Source of the DNA: Bacteroidaceae bacterium
Lineage (GTDB): Bacteria; Bacteroidota; Bacteroidia; Bacteroidales; Barnesiellaceae_A
Direction of reading: 5' to 3'
Assembly (NCBI GenBank): GCA_017481745.1
Contig: JAFUOV010000011.1
Span: 72,629-136,628 of the forward strand
Length of the DNA stretch: 64,000 bases
Translations under genes and position numbers: made by a program
The notes under the pieces: generated by a model
Told to the model about the DNA's origin: nothing
What the model saw: only the letters and a program-made list of their open reading frames with translations
Databases searched by the model: none
In this document: positions 27,971-36,284 of the stretch, piece by piece
Layout: each line of letters opens with the position of its first letter
How positions within the stretch are numbered: position 1 is the stretch's first letter

Positions 27971-29719
27971 ATGAAGAAATTCTTTTTTACCCTACTGCTT
28001 ATACTTAGTTACCTTGTTGCACAAGCGCAATGGGGGAAAACTCCTGTCGAAGCTCGTTGGATAAATTACGACAACGAATACTTCTATGAGTATGAAATGG
28101 AGCAAACTGCCGAAGGTAATACATGGTTCTACATGGGTGGATCGTACAATGCAAATTATGTGCAGTTGTTCGACTCGATAGGTGTTGCCTTGTTGGGCGA
28201 TACCGATTTGATGTTGTTGTCCGATTATAAGCAACAACAGAGTGTCCCCATCAACCAGACACTCTATGTAGATCGTGACGGTAATGCCATTGTTGTCGTT
28301 TCTGATATGCGATACAATACCGATGGTACCGATACCCCCGCCTTTACAGCTTATAAAATATCGCAAACAGGCGAGCAGTTGTGGGGTGCTGAGGGTGTTG
28401 CTCTCAACAAAGACGCTCACACCTATATCAATGGTTTCTTGGGTTTCACACAATTGAGCGATGGTAGCTATGTATTTACATGGTTGCATAGCGACGAGAC
28501 CGAGGTTATATGGAACATCGACATACAACGTGTAAGTAGCGACGGTAAGTTGCAATGGAATGTCGAAGATACACGTGTAGGCGACCCCACAGGCAAGACG
28601 ATGTACTTCTGGCCCTATGTTGTCGATGCAGGCAATGCTCAATGTATATTGGTGTATACCAAAGGCTCCAATTACGACCTCTATGCGCGCAAGCTCGACT
28701 TTGACGGCACACCCGTATGGAGCGAAGATACACGCATTTATAAGGGCGGTTTCCCCATGATACCTCTGTGGACAATCCTCGATGTAGAGCCTTCGGGCGA
28801 TGGTGGTGTAATCATTACTTGGTATGACGACCGTTTCTTTACCGATATCGAGTCGATATATATGACGTATGTGAAATCCAACGGCGAATTGGGCTTCTCG
28901 GCAGGCGAGGAGGGTCAGCGATTGAGTTATAGCGGACTGCGTGCCCTGTCGACAAGCTGTAAGTACGACCCCGCCAGCGACACATTCATTGCATTGTGGC
29001 GCGAAGCCTCTTCGGGTCAAGGTTCATATCGTATAGTAGCCCAGAGCGTATCGAAAGATGGCGAATTGTTGTGGGGCGAAAACGGACTTGAAATTGAGCC
29101 GCTGGAAGAGTGTGAGTATGCCGGCTTGTCGTTGGTAGAAGGTCATGATGGAGAGATGGTAGCTTTCTATATGAAAAGCAATACCTATGAATATGGCAAT
29201 ATAGATGTGCGCATGCAACGCATCGATACCAAGAATGGCAAGTTGGTGTGGAACGAAAGCAAGGTGCTCACCAATACGTTGTCGCCTACCCACAAAACCG
29301 ACCTTGTGGCAACTTCTATGAAGTACAATAACTCGGGTGTATTTGGCTGGGACGACCGTGGCATCACTTCCGACCCCGATTACAAGCGCCTCTATCTGCA
29401 ACGTGTCAACTATGACGGCTCGGTAGGCAATCCCGACAATACTTCTGTCGAAGGTGTTAAGGTAGCCGATAAGAGTTTCTATGCCACCTCTTCAGTGGTT
29501 TATAACGAAGCCGTTTTTGTGGTAAACTTGCCCGAGGCATCGGTAGCAACACTGTCTGTTTACGACATTAACGGTGCTGTGGTAGCAACCCCGTTCAGTG
29601 GCGAGTTGGCAGCCGGCAAGCAATATGTCGAGTGGTGTGCCAATGTACCTGCCGGTGTATATATTGCTACACTTACCACCCCACAAGGAATACAGAATAT
29701 AAAAGTAATAGTAAAATAA
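27971..29719 (+). CDS. T9SS-sorted hypothetical protein with repeated propeller-like motif (paralog A)
   Basis: Signal peptide ending AQA followed by Q. Seven repeats of the type [YQ][KR][ILV]xxxG[EK]xxW about 50-60 aa apart. C-terminal tail LSVYDINGAVVATPF...AGVYIATLTTPQGIQNIKVIVK. Confidence 0.7.
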   Translation: MKKFFFTLLLILSYLVAQAQWGKTPVEARWINYDNEYFYEYEMEQTAEGNTWFYMGGSYNANYVQLFDSIGVALLGDTDLMLLSDYKQQQSVPINQTLYVDRDGNAIVVVSDMRYNTDGTDTPAFTAYKISQTGEQLWGAEGVALNKDAHTYINGFLGFTQLSDGSYVFTWLHSDETEVIWNIDIQRVSSDGKLQWNVEDTRVGDPTGKTMYFWPYVVDAGNAQCILVYTKGSNYDLYARKLDFDGTPVWSEDTRIYKGGFPMIPLWTILDVEPSGDGGVIITWYDDRFFTDIESIYMTYVKSNGELGFSAGEEGQRLSYSGLRALSTSCKYDPASDTFIALWREASSGQGSYRIVAQSVSKDGELLWGENGLEIEPLEECEYAGLSLVEGHDGEMVAFYMKSNTYEYGNIDVRMQRIDTKNGKLVWNESKVLTNTLSPTHKTDLVATSMKYNNSGVFGWDDRGITSDPDYKRLYLQRVNYDGSVGNPDNTSVEGVKVADKSFYATSSVVYNEAVFVVNLPEASVATLSVYDINGAVVATPFSGELAAGKQYVEWCANVPAGVYIATLTTPQGIQNIKVIVK

Positions 29720-29743
29720 GTTTAACTTTTAAATAACAAGCGT

Positions 29744-31507
29744 ATGAAAAAAATTTTACTTTTTGCAGCAGCCGGTGTAATGAGTTGTACTGCAGCCTTG
29801 GGTCAATGGAATAGCGATCCCGCTACCAACCTTGTTGTGTGGCCCGAGGGTGAGAGTTATTACACTACTCAAATGGATGTTGCTCCCAATGGTAATACTT
29901 GGTTGGCAGCATCACGCCCTCTTACCGATGGCGTAACTGTTAGTTTGCAGTTGATTGATTCTACCGGTAATCTTCTTTTTGAAGAGCCCCTTACAGTTTC
30001 TCAATACAAAGCTCGTACATGGGTGTCGGTAGGCGATATCCTCTATGTCGATCGCGATGGCAATGCAATTATTGCTGTAACCGATTGTCGCAATGATCCC
30101 GAAGCCGGTGAGTATGGATATGAGAGTTATACAGTATATAAGGTGTCTCAAACAGGAGAGCTCTTGTGGGGTAAAGAAGGTATCTCGCTCGACGGTGAAA
30201 ATGTATACGACCTTGTTGCCGCTATGCGTATTACACAAATTGCCGATGGTAGTTACATATTTGCATGGATGCACAATCATAAAGAAAATACCAATATGAT
30301 GAGTATCAAGATGCAACACGTGAGTGCCGATGGCGAAATTTTGTGGGATGTCAATGAGACATGCTTGCATGATGCATCAGGCAAAGTGGCATACATGTAT
30401 CCCTATGTTGTAGATGCAGGTAATAATCAATTCCTTCTCTTGTGGGCACAAGGTAGCAACCAAGATATTTATGTTCGTAAGATCGACTTCGACGGTACAT
30501 CGGTATGGAGCGAAGATACTCGCATATATCGCAGTGGATGGGGCTCAATTCCTATTTGGACACTGATAGATGTGAAGCCTTCGGGTGATGGTGGTCTGAT
30601 TATGTCGTGGAACGACGACCGTAACTTTACCAATATCGAGTCGGCATATCTTACTTATGTAAAACCCAACGGTGAGATAGGCTTTATGGCAGGCGAAGAA
30701 GGTCAAAAATTGGGCTATTCGGGCTGGCGTGCTCTGTCGGTAAGATGTAACTACGACCCTAAGTCGGATTGTTTCTATGCTATGTGGTATGAGTGTAATT
30801 CGGGTCAATCGTGGAATCGCGTAGTAGCACAACGTGTATCGAGAGATGGCGAATTGTTGTGGAGCGAAGAAGGTTTGGAATTGAAACCTATGGAGCTTAC
30901 CAATTATGGATACTTCTCGGTGCAAAATGGTATTGATGATGAAATGGCATTCTTCTATATGCGCAACTATGCCGGATCATTTGGTGATGTAGAGGCATTT
31001 GTAACCACTGTAAACGTCAACGATACCACCGTACGTCGTGAGAGTGAGTTTACAAAAAGCACACGTGTCAGCGAGAAAGCCGGCTTGACCACTACTCGTA
31101 TGGTCGATGGTAAGTATTGGATTGCTAAATGGAACGATGGTGGACGTGTAGAAGACGAAGTGAAAGTAGATCGTTTGATGATGCAACGTATCAACAACGA
31201 CTTTACATTGGGTAATCCCAATGCCGACGATGCAGTTGTGGACGTGAAAGCCGCGAATACTACTTTCGTAGCGCTTGCTTCTCTTGTTGATGGTGAAGCC
31301 ATGTTTGCAACCAGCATGTCGCAAGCTACACCTGCTACACTTACAATATATAATGTAAACGGTGCTATCGTAGCAACACCCTTCAATGGTGTGTTGGCTG
31401 CCGGCAAGCAATATATCGAGTGGACTGCCGACGTTCCTGCCGGTATCTATTTGGCTACACTCGCTACTCCTCAAGGTGTAGAGACTGTAAAATTGTTGGT
31501 GAAATAA
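29744..31507 (+). CDS. T9SS-sorted hypothetical protein with repeated propeller-like motif (paralog B)
   Basis: Collinear with 27971-29719. Example: YVRKIDFDGTSVWSEDTRIYRSGWGSIPIWTLIDVKPSGDGGLIMSWNDDR versus YARKLDFDGTPVWSEDTRIYKGGFPMIPLWTILDVEPSGDGGVIITWYDDR. Tail: LTIYNVNGAIVATPF...AGIYLATLATPQGVETVKLLVK. Confidence 0.7.
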   Translation: MKKILLFAAAGVMSCTAALGQWNSDPATNLVVWPEGESYYTTQMDVAPNGNTWLAASRPLTDGVTVSLQLIDSTGNLLFEEPLTVSQYKARTWVSVGDILYVDRDGNAIIAVTDCRNDPEAGEYGYESYTVYKVSQTGELLWGKEGISLDGENVYDLVAAMRITQIADGSYIFAWMHNHKENTNMMSIKMQHVSADGEILWDVNETCLHDASGKVAYMYPYVVDAGNNQFLLLWAQGSNQDIYVRKIDFDGTSVWSEDTRIYRSGWGSIPIWTLIDVKPSGDGGLIMSWNDDRNFTNIESAYLTYVKPNGEIGFMAGEEGQKLGYSGWRALSVRCNYDPKSDCFYAMWYECNSGQSWNRVVAQRVSRDGELLWSEEGLELKPMELTNYGYFSVQNGIDDEMAFFYMRNYAGSFGDVEAFVTTVNVNDTTVRRESEFTKSTRVSEKAGLTTTRMVDGKYWIAKWNDGGRVEDEVKVDRLMMQRINNDFTLGNPNADDAVVDVKAANTTFVALASLVDGEAMFATSMSQATPATLTIYNVNGAIVATPFNGVLAAGKQYIEWTADVPAGIYLATLATPQGVETVKLLVK

Positions 31508-31527
31508 TAGAGTAAGAACCTGAAAGT

Positions 31528-31629
31528 ACTGCCACAAATTTAATATTTGTGGGATAGGTAAACGAATTTTTAAAAAAAATACCGCGAATAGTGATAATAA
31601 CCATTATTTAATATTAAATTTGTGGCAGT
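31528..31629. repeat. Perfect 20-bp inverted repeat flanking a 62-nt AT-rich spacer
   Basis: ACTGCCACAAATTTAATATT (31528-31547) is the exact reverse complement of 31610-31629. A competing local hairpin CCACAAAT-TTAAT-ATTTGTGG lies at 31532-31552. The right arm contains TAAATTTG (31615-31622). Confidence 0.85.
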
Positions 31630-31700
31630 TTGTAGTTCTTTCCAAGAAAATAATAACAAATTAAAATATTAACGGAGTAATAACCTTTAAAAATGCGCTT

Positions 31701-34493
31701 ATGAAAAAGCTATTTTTACTTTTGACAGTGTTATGTGCAGCTGTAACTGTGCAAGCACAAGTAATCTCGGCTTATACCATGCAAGCTACGCAAGGTACTT
31801 ATACCGAGATAACCGACGGTACTGCAATGGATACAACCGGTATCGAAGTTACTGATATGGCAGGAAAGGTATGGTATCCTGACGGTGTTAAGACCGAATT
31901 GACAACCAAAGCCGGTTTCTCTATTGGTTTCGACTTTGAGTTTAATGATATTATTTGTAACCAATTTGTGATTGGTTCAAACGGTTATATAGCATTGGGT
32001 CGCGACTCAATCTGCAATGATCCCAGCAATGGTTCGTACATTATGGGCAGCGACTTGGGTGCCGATAATGTTATTGGTGTTATACCTAATGTATGGGATA
32101 TGTGGCGTTGGGAAACTACCGAATTCAGCTACAAAGTTGTAGGTGAAGCTCCCAGCCGTACACTTGTTGTTCAATTTAAAGATTGGGGTCCCAAGTTTAG
32201 TTGGGAAGACGGTGGTGATGTTAAGATGAATATGCAAATACGTCTTAACGAAGCCGGCAACACTGTACAACTTGTCTTTGGTGCTTGTTTAGACACAATA
32301 AGCGACTCCGGTAAATCTACTCGTATAGGTTTGCGTGGTAGCTATGACGACTTGCTCACTCTTACCGATGGCGAAACAGAGGGTATGATTAACTACGTTG
32401 CCACTCCCGGCGACAACTCGGTATGGATCGAAGCCGCTATGATTACATCGGGTATTACTTACACATTTACACCCCCTGCAGCTTGTGAGGCTCCTACAGC
32501 TCCTTTTGAAATTACAGACTTGGTAGCAACTACCAACTTGGTATCGTTGCAATGGAAACCCCTTGCCGATGCCGACCACGTACTTCTTTTGCTCTCAAAA
32601 GATTATATGTTGACCGAAGAACCCGCCGATGGCAAGTTCTATGAAGAAGGTGCTTCGTTGGGTGATGCTCAAGTTCTTGCTTACACAACCGACACCGTAT
32701 ATGCTCCCGAAACATGGCAATTGACTCTCGAGCCTGCTACCGATTACTATCTGCACGTATATCCTGCTAACTCGGTATGTGCTCACGGTCCTGTTTATGG
32801 TAAAACAAATGCTGTGTTTGCAAGTTTCACAACAAAACCCGCAGCTCCCAGTGCAGTTGCTATTACAGGTACAACTCTCAACACCCTGACATTTGACGTT
32901 GAAGCCAACGGTACCGACAATGTTATCGTTATCTTGACCGACTCTGTTCGCCCCAATCCTCCTTTTGCAAGCGTAGTTGAATTTGGTACTCCTGATGCCA
33001 ACTCGAAAGTGGGTGATGTGCTTCAAGATATGGGTCGCGTAGTATATATGGGCGCTTCAGCTCAAAATGTTGTGGTTGAAGGTCTTGAGCCCGGTACTGC
33101 ATACTATCTCCGTGCGTTGAGCTACAATGATAGTTATGATTACTCTACCGAGTATGTACAATGCTCAAATGTTACTGTAGCCAACTTGCCCTGGGCTCTT
33201 GATGTAACAAATGTCGATTTGGGTGCTGTTCCTGCAGGTTGGGAAAGTACAAGTACAGGTATTACATGGTCTATAATGAATAAAAGAGACCAAACAGGTA
33301 CAGAAGCAAGAAGATTTGATGTAAACACCAGTCCCAATGCAACAGAGGGTTATATTGCCGATTTGACAACTCCCAGTATCTTGATAGACAAGCGTGATGC
33401 TCTCTTCTCGGTTAAATATTGTATGTATATGTGGGCTCGTTTCGGTGGAAACAAACCTTACGATGCATGGGAAGCAAACGATAAATTTGCCGTTCAAATA
33501 AGCCGTAACGGTGGAGAGTTTGAAGAAGTTTATGCAATTACTGCCGCAAACAACGTGAAAGTTGACTCTGTAACTCAATTTATCCCCGTTGAGGTTGACT
33601 TGTCAGCTTATCAAAATGAGGTAATTCGTATTCGTATCCATTGGGAGTGCTTCTATGGCTCGCAAGTACGTTGTCCTCTCGAAGGTTGGAATATAGACGG
33701 TCGTCCTATCCCCGTTATCCCCGATGTAACAGTTAGCGATATTACTTGGAATAGTGCCAACGTTTCTTGGCGTGGTGAGCAAGAGTCTTACGAGTTTGCT
33801 TTTGCCAAGGCTGGTGAAGAGTTTGTAGCTAAGGTTGTAAACGAAAAGGCTGTGGCTCTTACCGACCTCACACACCTCACCGAGTATCAAGTGAAAGTAC
33901 GTGGTATTGTTGCCGAAAATGATACTACCGACTGGTGCGAGGTTGTAACTTTCACAACAGCCGACCTCCCCGTATGTCCCGTTCCCGAGGGTCTTGCTCA
34001 CGCAACAACCGAGGATTTTGGCGACAAGCTCTCTTGGACACTCAACGAGGAGCACCTCTCTTGGGATCTCCGTTATCGTGAAGGTTCAAGCACTACATGG
34101 GTAGATGTAGAGAACATCGAGACCAACGAATATACACTCTACAACCTTGTAGCAGGCGCTGCTTATGTATGGCGTGTACGTGCACATTGCGATATGGACC
34201 GTGTAAGTGGCTATGCTTCGCAAGAAGAATTCAATGCCAATGCTAAGTCTGCCATCAGTGCAGCCGGTGCCGACCGCTTGAAAGTTGCAGCCGGTAATGG
34301 CAACGTTACTATCTTCAACAGCGACGTATATGTTGAGAGCGTAACATTGCTCGACGTGCAAGGTCGCGTATTGGGCAACTACGTAGTGAATGCTCGCGAA
34401 AACATTACTATTCCTACCAATACCAACGGTGTAGCAATCGTATTGGTAAATACTGTGGATAAACAACTCGTTTACAAAGTAAGCATCAAATAA
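31701..34493 (+). CDS. T9SS-sorted large surface protein with FN3-like domains
   Basis: Signal peptide ending VQA followed by Q. FN3-like segments include DITWNSANVSWRGEQESYEFAF...LTEYQVKVRGIV and LSWDLRYREGSSTTWVDVENIETNEYTLYNLVAGAAYVWRVRAHC. Tail: VTLLDVQGRVLGNYVV...GVAIVLVNTVDKQLVYKVSIK. Confidence 0.7.
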   Translation: MKKLFLLLTVLCAAVTVQAQVISAYTMQATQGTYTEITDGTAMDTTGIEVTDMAGKVWYPDGVKTELTTKAGFSIGFDFEFNDIICNQFVIGSNGYIALGRDSICNDPSNGSYIMGSDLGADNVIGVIPNVWDMWRWETTEFSYKVVGEAPSRTLVVQFKDWGPKFSWEDGGDVKMNMQIRLNEAGNTVQLVFGACLDTISDSGKSTRIGLRGSYDDLLTLTDGETEGMINYVATPGDNSVWIEAAMITSGITYTFTPPAACEAPTAPFEITDLVATTNLVSLQWKPLADADHVLLLLSKDYMLTEEPADGKFYEEGASLGDAQVLAYTTDTVYAPETWQLTLEPATDYYLHVYPANSVCAHGPVYGKTNAVFASFTTKPAAPSAVAITGTTLNTLTFDVEANGTDNVIVILTDSVRPNPPFASVVEFGTPDANSKVGDVLQDMGRVVYMGASAQNVVVEGLEPGTAYYLRALSYNDSYDYSTEYVQCSNVTVANLPWALDVTNVDLGAVPAGWESTSTGITWSIMNKRDQTGTEARRFDVNTSPNATEGYIADLTTPSILIDKRDALFSVKYCMYMWARFGGNKPYDAWEANDKFAVQISRNGGEFEEVYAITAANNVKVDSVTQFIPVEVDLSAYQNEVIRIRIHWECFYGSQVRCPLEGWNIDGRPIPVIPDVTVSDITWNSANVSWRGEQESYEFAFAKAGEEFVAKVVNEKAVALTDLTHLTEYQVKVRGIVAENDTTDWCEVVTFTTADLPVCPVPEGLAHATTEDFGDKLSWTLNEEHLSWDLRYREGSSTTWVDVENIETNEYTLYNLVAGAAYVWRVRAHCDMDRVSGYASQEEFNANAKSAISAAGADRLKVAAGNGNVTIFNSDVYVESVTLLDVQGRVLGNYVVNARENITIPTNTNGVAIVLVNTVDKQLVYKVSIK

Positions 34494-34534
34494 TAACTAA
34501 TAGAGTAAAGTTTTTTCATAGTACTTTTGTACAA

Positions 34535-34574
34535 AACCTGCGATGTGCGCGAGCATGTCGCAGGTTCTTTTTTT
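34535..34574 (+). terminator. Rho-independent terminator of the T9SS-cargo operon
   Basis: Stem AACCTGCGA...TCGCAGGTT followed by CTTTTTTTA. Confidence 0.75.
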
Positions 34575-34610
34575 ATGCGAGAGTTGAGTGTTTAGTGTTG
34601 AGAGTTTAGA

Positions 34611-34654
34611 GTAGGGACGTACCGCAGGCTCGTCCCTACTTTACTGTTTTTTGT
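34611..34654 (+). terminator. Second hairpin with a T-rich tail
   Basis: Stem GTAGGGACG/CGTCCCTAC with an 11-nt loop, followed by TTTACTGTTTTTTG. Confidence 0.5.
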
Positions 34655-34822
34655 TCTTATGTCTTAACTAAACATTTCCCGTCGATGAAGACGGATATGG
34701 TATAAAAACGCCGTCATCCCCCAACGATCCAAGCGTAGCGACGGCGAAGTTGGGGGCTACTGAAATCTCGCGTGTGCCACGCTTGACACGTGCTTCGCAC
34801 GATTTTTCTCAACGCAAACACG

Positions 34823-34995
34823 TTCCCCTCTCCTTTCACTATCTTTATAGAAGATAGGAAGCGGTACGGAAAAAATTTCAAGCAAGTTTGACATTCTTCT
34901 CTCACCTTTCACTATCTTTGTAGAAGATAGGATGCGGTTCGGAAGAATTTTCAAACAAGTTTGACATTCTTCTCTCACCTTTCACTATCTTTGCA
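34823..34995 (+). repeat. Tandem repeat, 73-bp unit, about 2.3 copies, each carrying a promoter-like TATCTTT(A/G) box
   Basis: The anchor CACTATCTTT occurs at 34837, 34910 and 34983. Copies 1 and 2 share 63/73 identical positions. Copy 3 is identical to copy 2 over its first 24 nt. Confidence 0.85.
34986..34993 (+). promoter_or_regulatory. -7 promoter box (TATCTTTG) proximal to the U32 gene
   Basis: Matches TAnnTTTG and lies 26 nt upstream of ATG 35019. A second full box sits 73 bp upstream at 34913-34920. Confidence 0.55.
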
Positions 34996-35018
34996 AAATA
35001 GACTATATGATATAAGAA

Positions 35019-36269
35019 ATGAGAAGAGAAGAATTTGAGATAATGGCGCCGGTGGGTTGCTACGAATCGTTACAGGCTGCTATACAAAGTGGTGCAAACT
35101 CTATTTACTTTGGTATCGAAGGGCTGAATATGCGTGCGCGGTCGTCGGTAAACTTTACCATCGACGACTTGCATAATATTGCTCGTATTTGCGACGAAAA
35201 TGGTTTGAAGAGCTATCTTACCGTCAACACTATTATCTACGATAATGATATGGAGTTGATGCGTCGCATTGTCGATGCTGCCCGCGAAGCCGGTATCTCT
35301 GCCATTATTGCCAGCGACGTGGCTGCTATGACTTATGCCCGCAGTGTGGGTGTTGAGGTGCACCTCTCTACTCAGTTGAATATATCGAATGTCGAGGCTT
35401 TGCGCTTTTATGCCCAATTTGCCGATGTTGTGGTGTTGGCGCGTGAACTGAATATGGACCAAGTAGCTCGTATCTACAAGGCTATTCATGAAGAGAATAT
35501 CGTGGGTCCTGCCGGTAAACCTATACGCATCGAGATGTTCTGCCATGGTGCATTGTGTATGGCTGTGTCGGGCAAGTGTTATTTGAGCCTGCACGAAATG
35601 AACCATTCAGCCAATCGTGGCGGTTGTATGCAGATATGTCGTCGCTCGTACAACGTTACCGACCGCGAGACCGGCGAGGAGTTGGCTATAGAAAACCAAT
35701 ATATCATGTCGCCCAAAGACCTCAAGACTATCCACTTCCTCAACAAACTTATCGACTCGGGTGTGCGTGTCTTCAAGATAGAGGGTCGTGCACGTGGTCC
35801 TGAGTATGTGAGTCAAGTGGTGTCGTGCTACAATGAGGCGATAGAGGCTTGCTTGGAGGGTACGTTTACCGACGAGCGCATCGAGCAATGGAATACACGT
35901 CTTGCTACGGTATTTAATCGCGGATTTTGGGATGGCTACTATTTGGGTCAACGCCTGGGCGAGTGGTCGAAGAACTATGGCTCGTCGGCTACCAAGCGCA
36001 AGGAGTATATAGGTAAAGGTATGAAATACTTCTCGAACATAGGTGTGGCTGAGTTCTTGTTGGAAAGTGGCGAATTGTCGGTCGGCGACGAAATACTGAT
36101 AACCGGTCCTACAACAGGTGCTATCATTGTTACCGTCGACGAGTTGCGCGTAGCCCTTAAGCCGGTAGAGAAGGCAGTAAAAGGACAGCATTTCTCTATC
36201 AAAATAGACCAAAAGATACGCCCTTCGGACAAGTTGTACAAATGGGTGGATACCAACCGCAAACAATAA
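35019..36269 (+). CDS. Peptidase U32 family protein (PrtC/YegQ-like)
   Basis: 416 aa. N-terminus EIMAPVGCYESLQAAIQSGANSIYFG, and the Cys-rich centre FCHGALCMAVSGKCYLS...GGCMQICR is typical of the U32 family. No signal peptide. Confidence 0.8.
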   Translation: MRREEFEIMAPVGCYESLQAAIQSGANSIYFGIEGLNMRARSSVNFTIDDLHNIARICDENGLKSYLTVNTIIYDNDMELMRRIVDAAREAGISAIIASDVAAMTYARSVGVEVHLSTQLNISNVEALRFYAQFADVVVLARELNMDQVARIYKAIHEENIVGPAGKPIRIEMFCHGALCMAVSGKCYLSLHEMNHSANRGGCMQICRRSYNVTDRETGEELAIENQYIMSPKDLKTIHFLNKLIDSGVRVFKIEGRARGPEYVSQVVSCYNEAIEACLEGTFTDERIEQWNTRLATVFNRGFWDGYYLGQRLGEWSKNYGSSATKRKEYIGKGMKYFSNIGVAEFLLESGELSVGDEILITGPTTGAIIVTVDELRVALKPVEKAVKGQHFSIKIDQKIRPSDKLYKWVDTNRKQ

Positions 36270-36284
36270 TGTGATAGAGGGTCA

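Noticed and set aside
34714-34978. Two small overlapping minus-strand ORFs that both begin MREECQTCLK.
   Set aside because: Their similarity is a by-product of the 73-bp tandem DNA repeat. They have no promoter box or plausible start context, and they sit in a promoter region for the opposite strand.
34823-34995. Whether the 73-bp repeats here, or the 27-bp-period repeats at 9755-9799, could be a CRISPR array.
   Set aside because: There are only 2-3 copies, and the units are contiguous with no unique spacers. No cas genes are present in the window.
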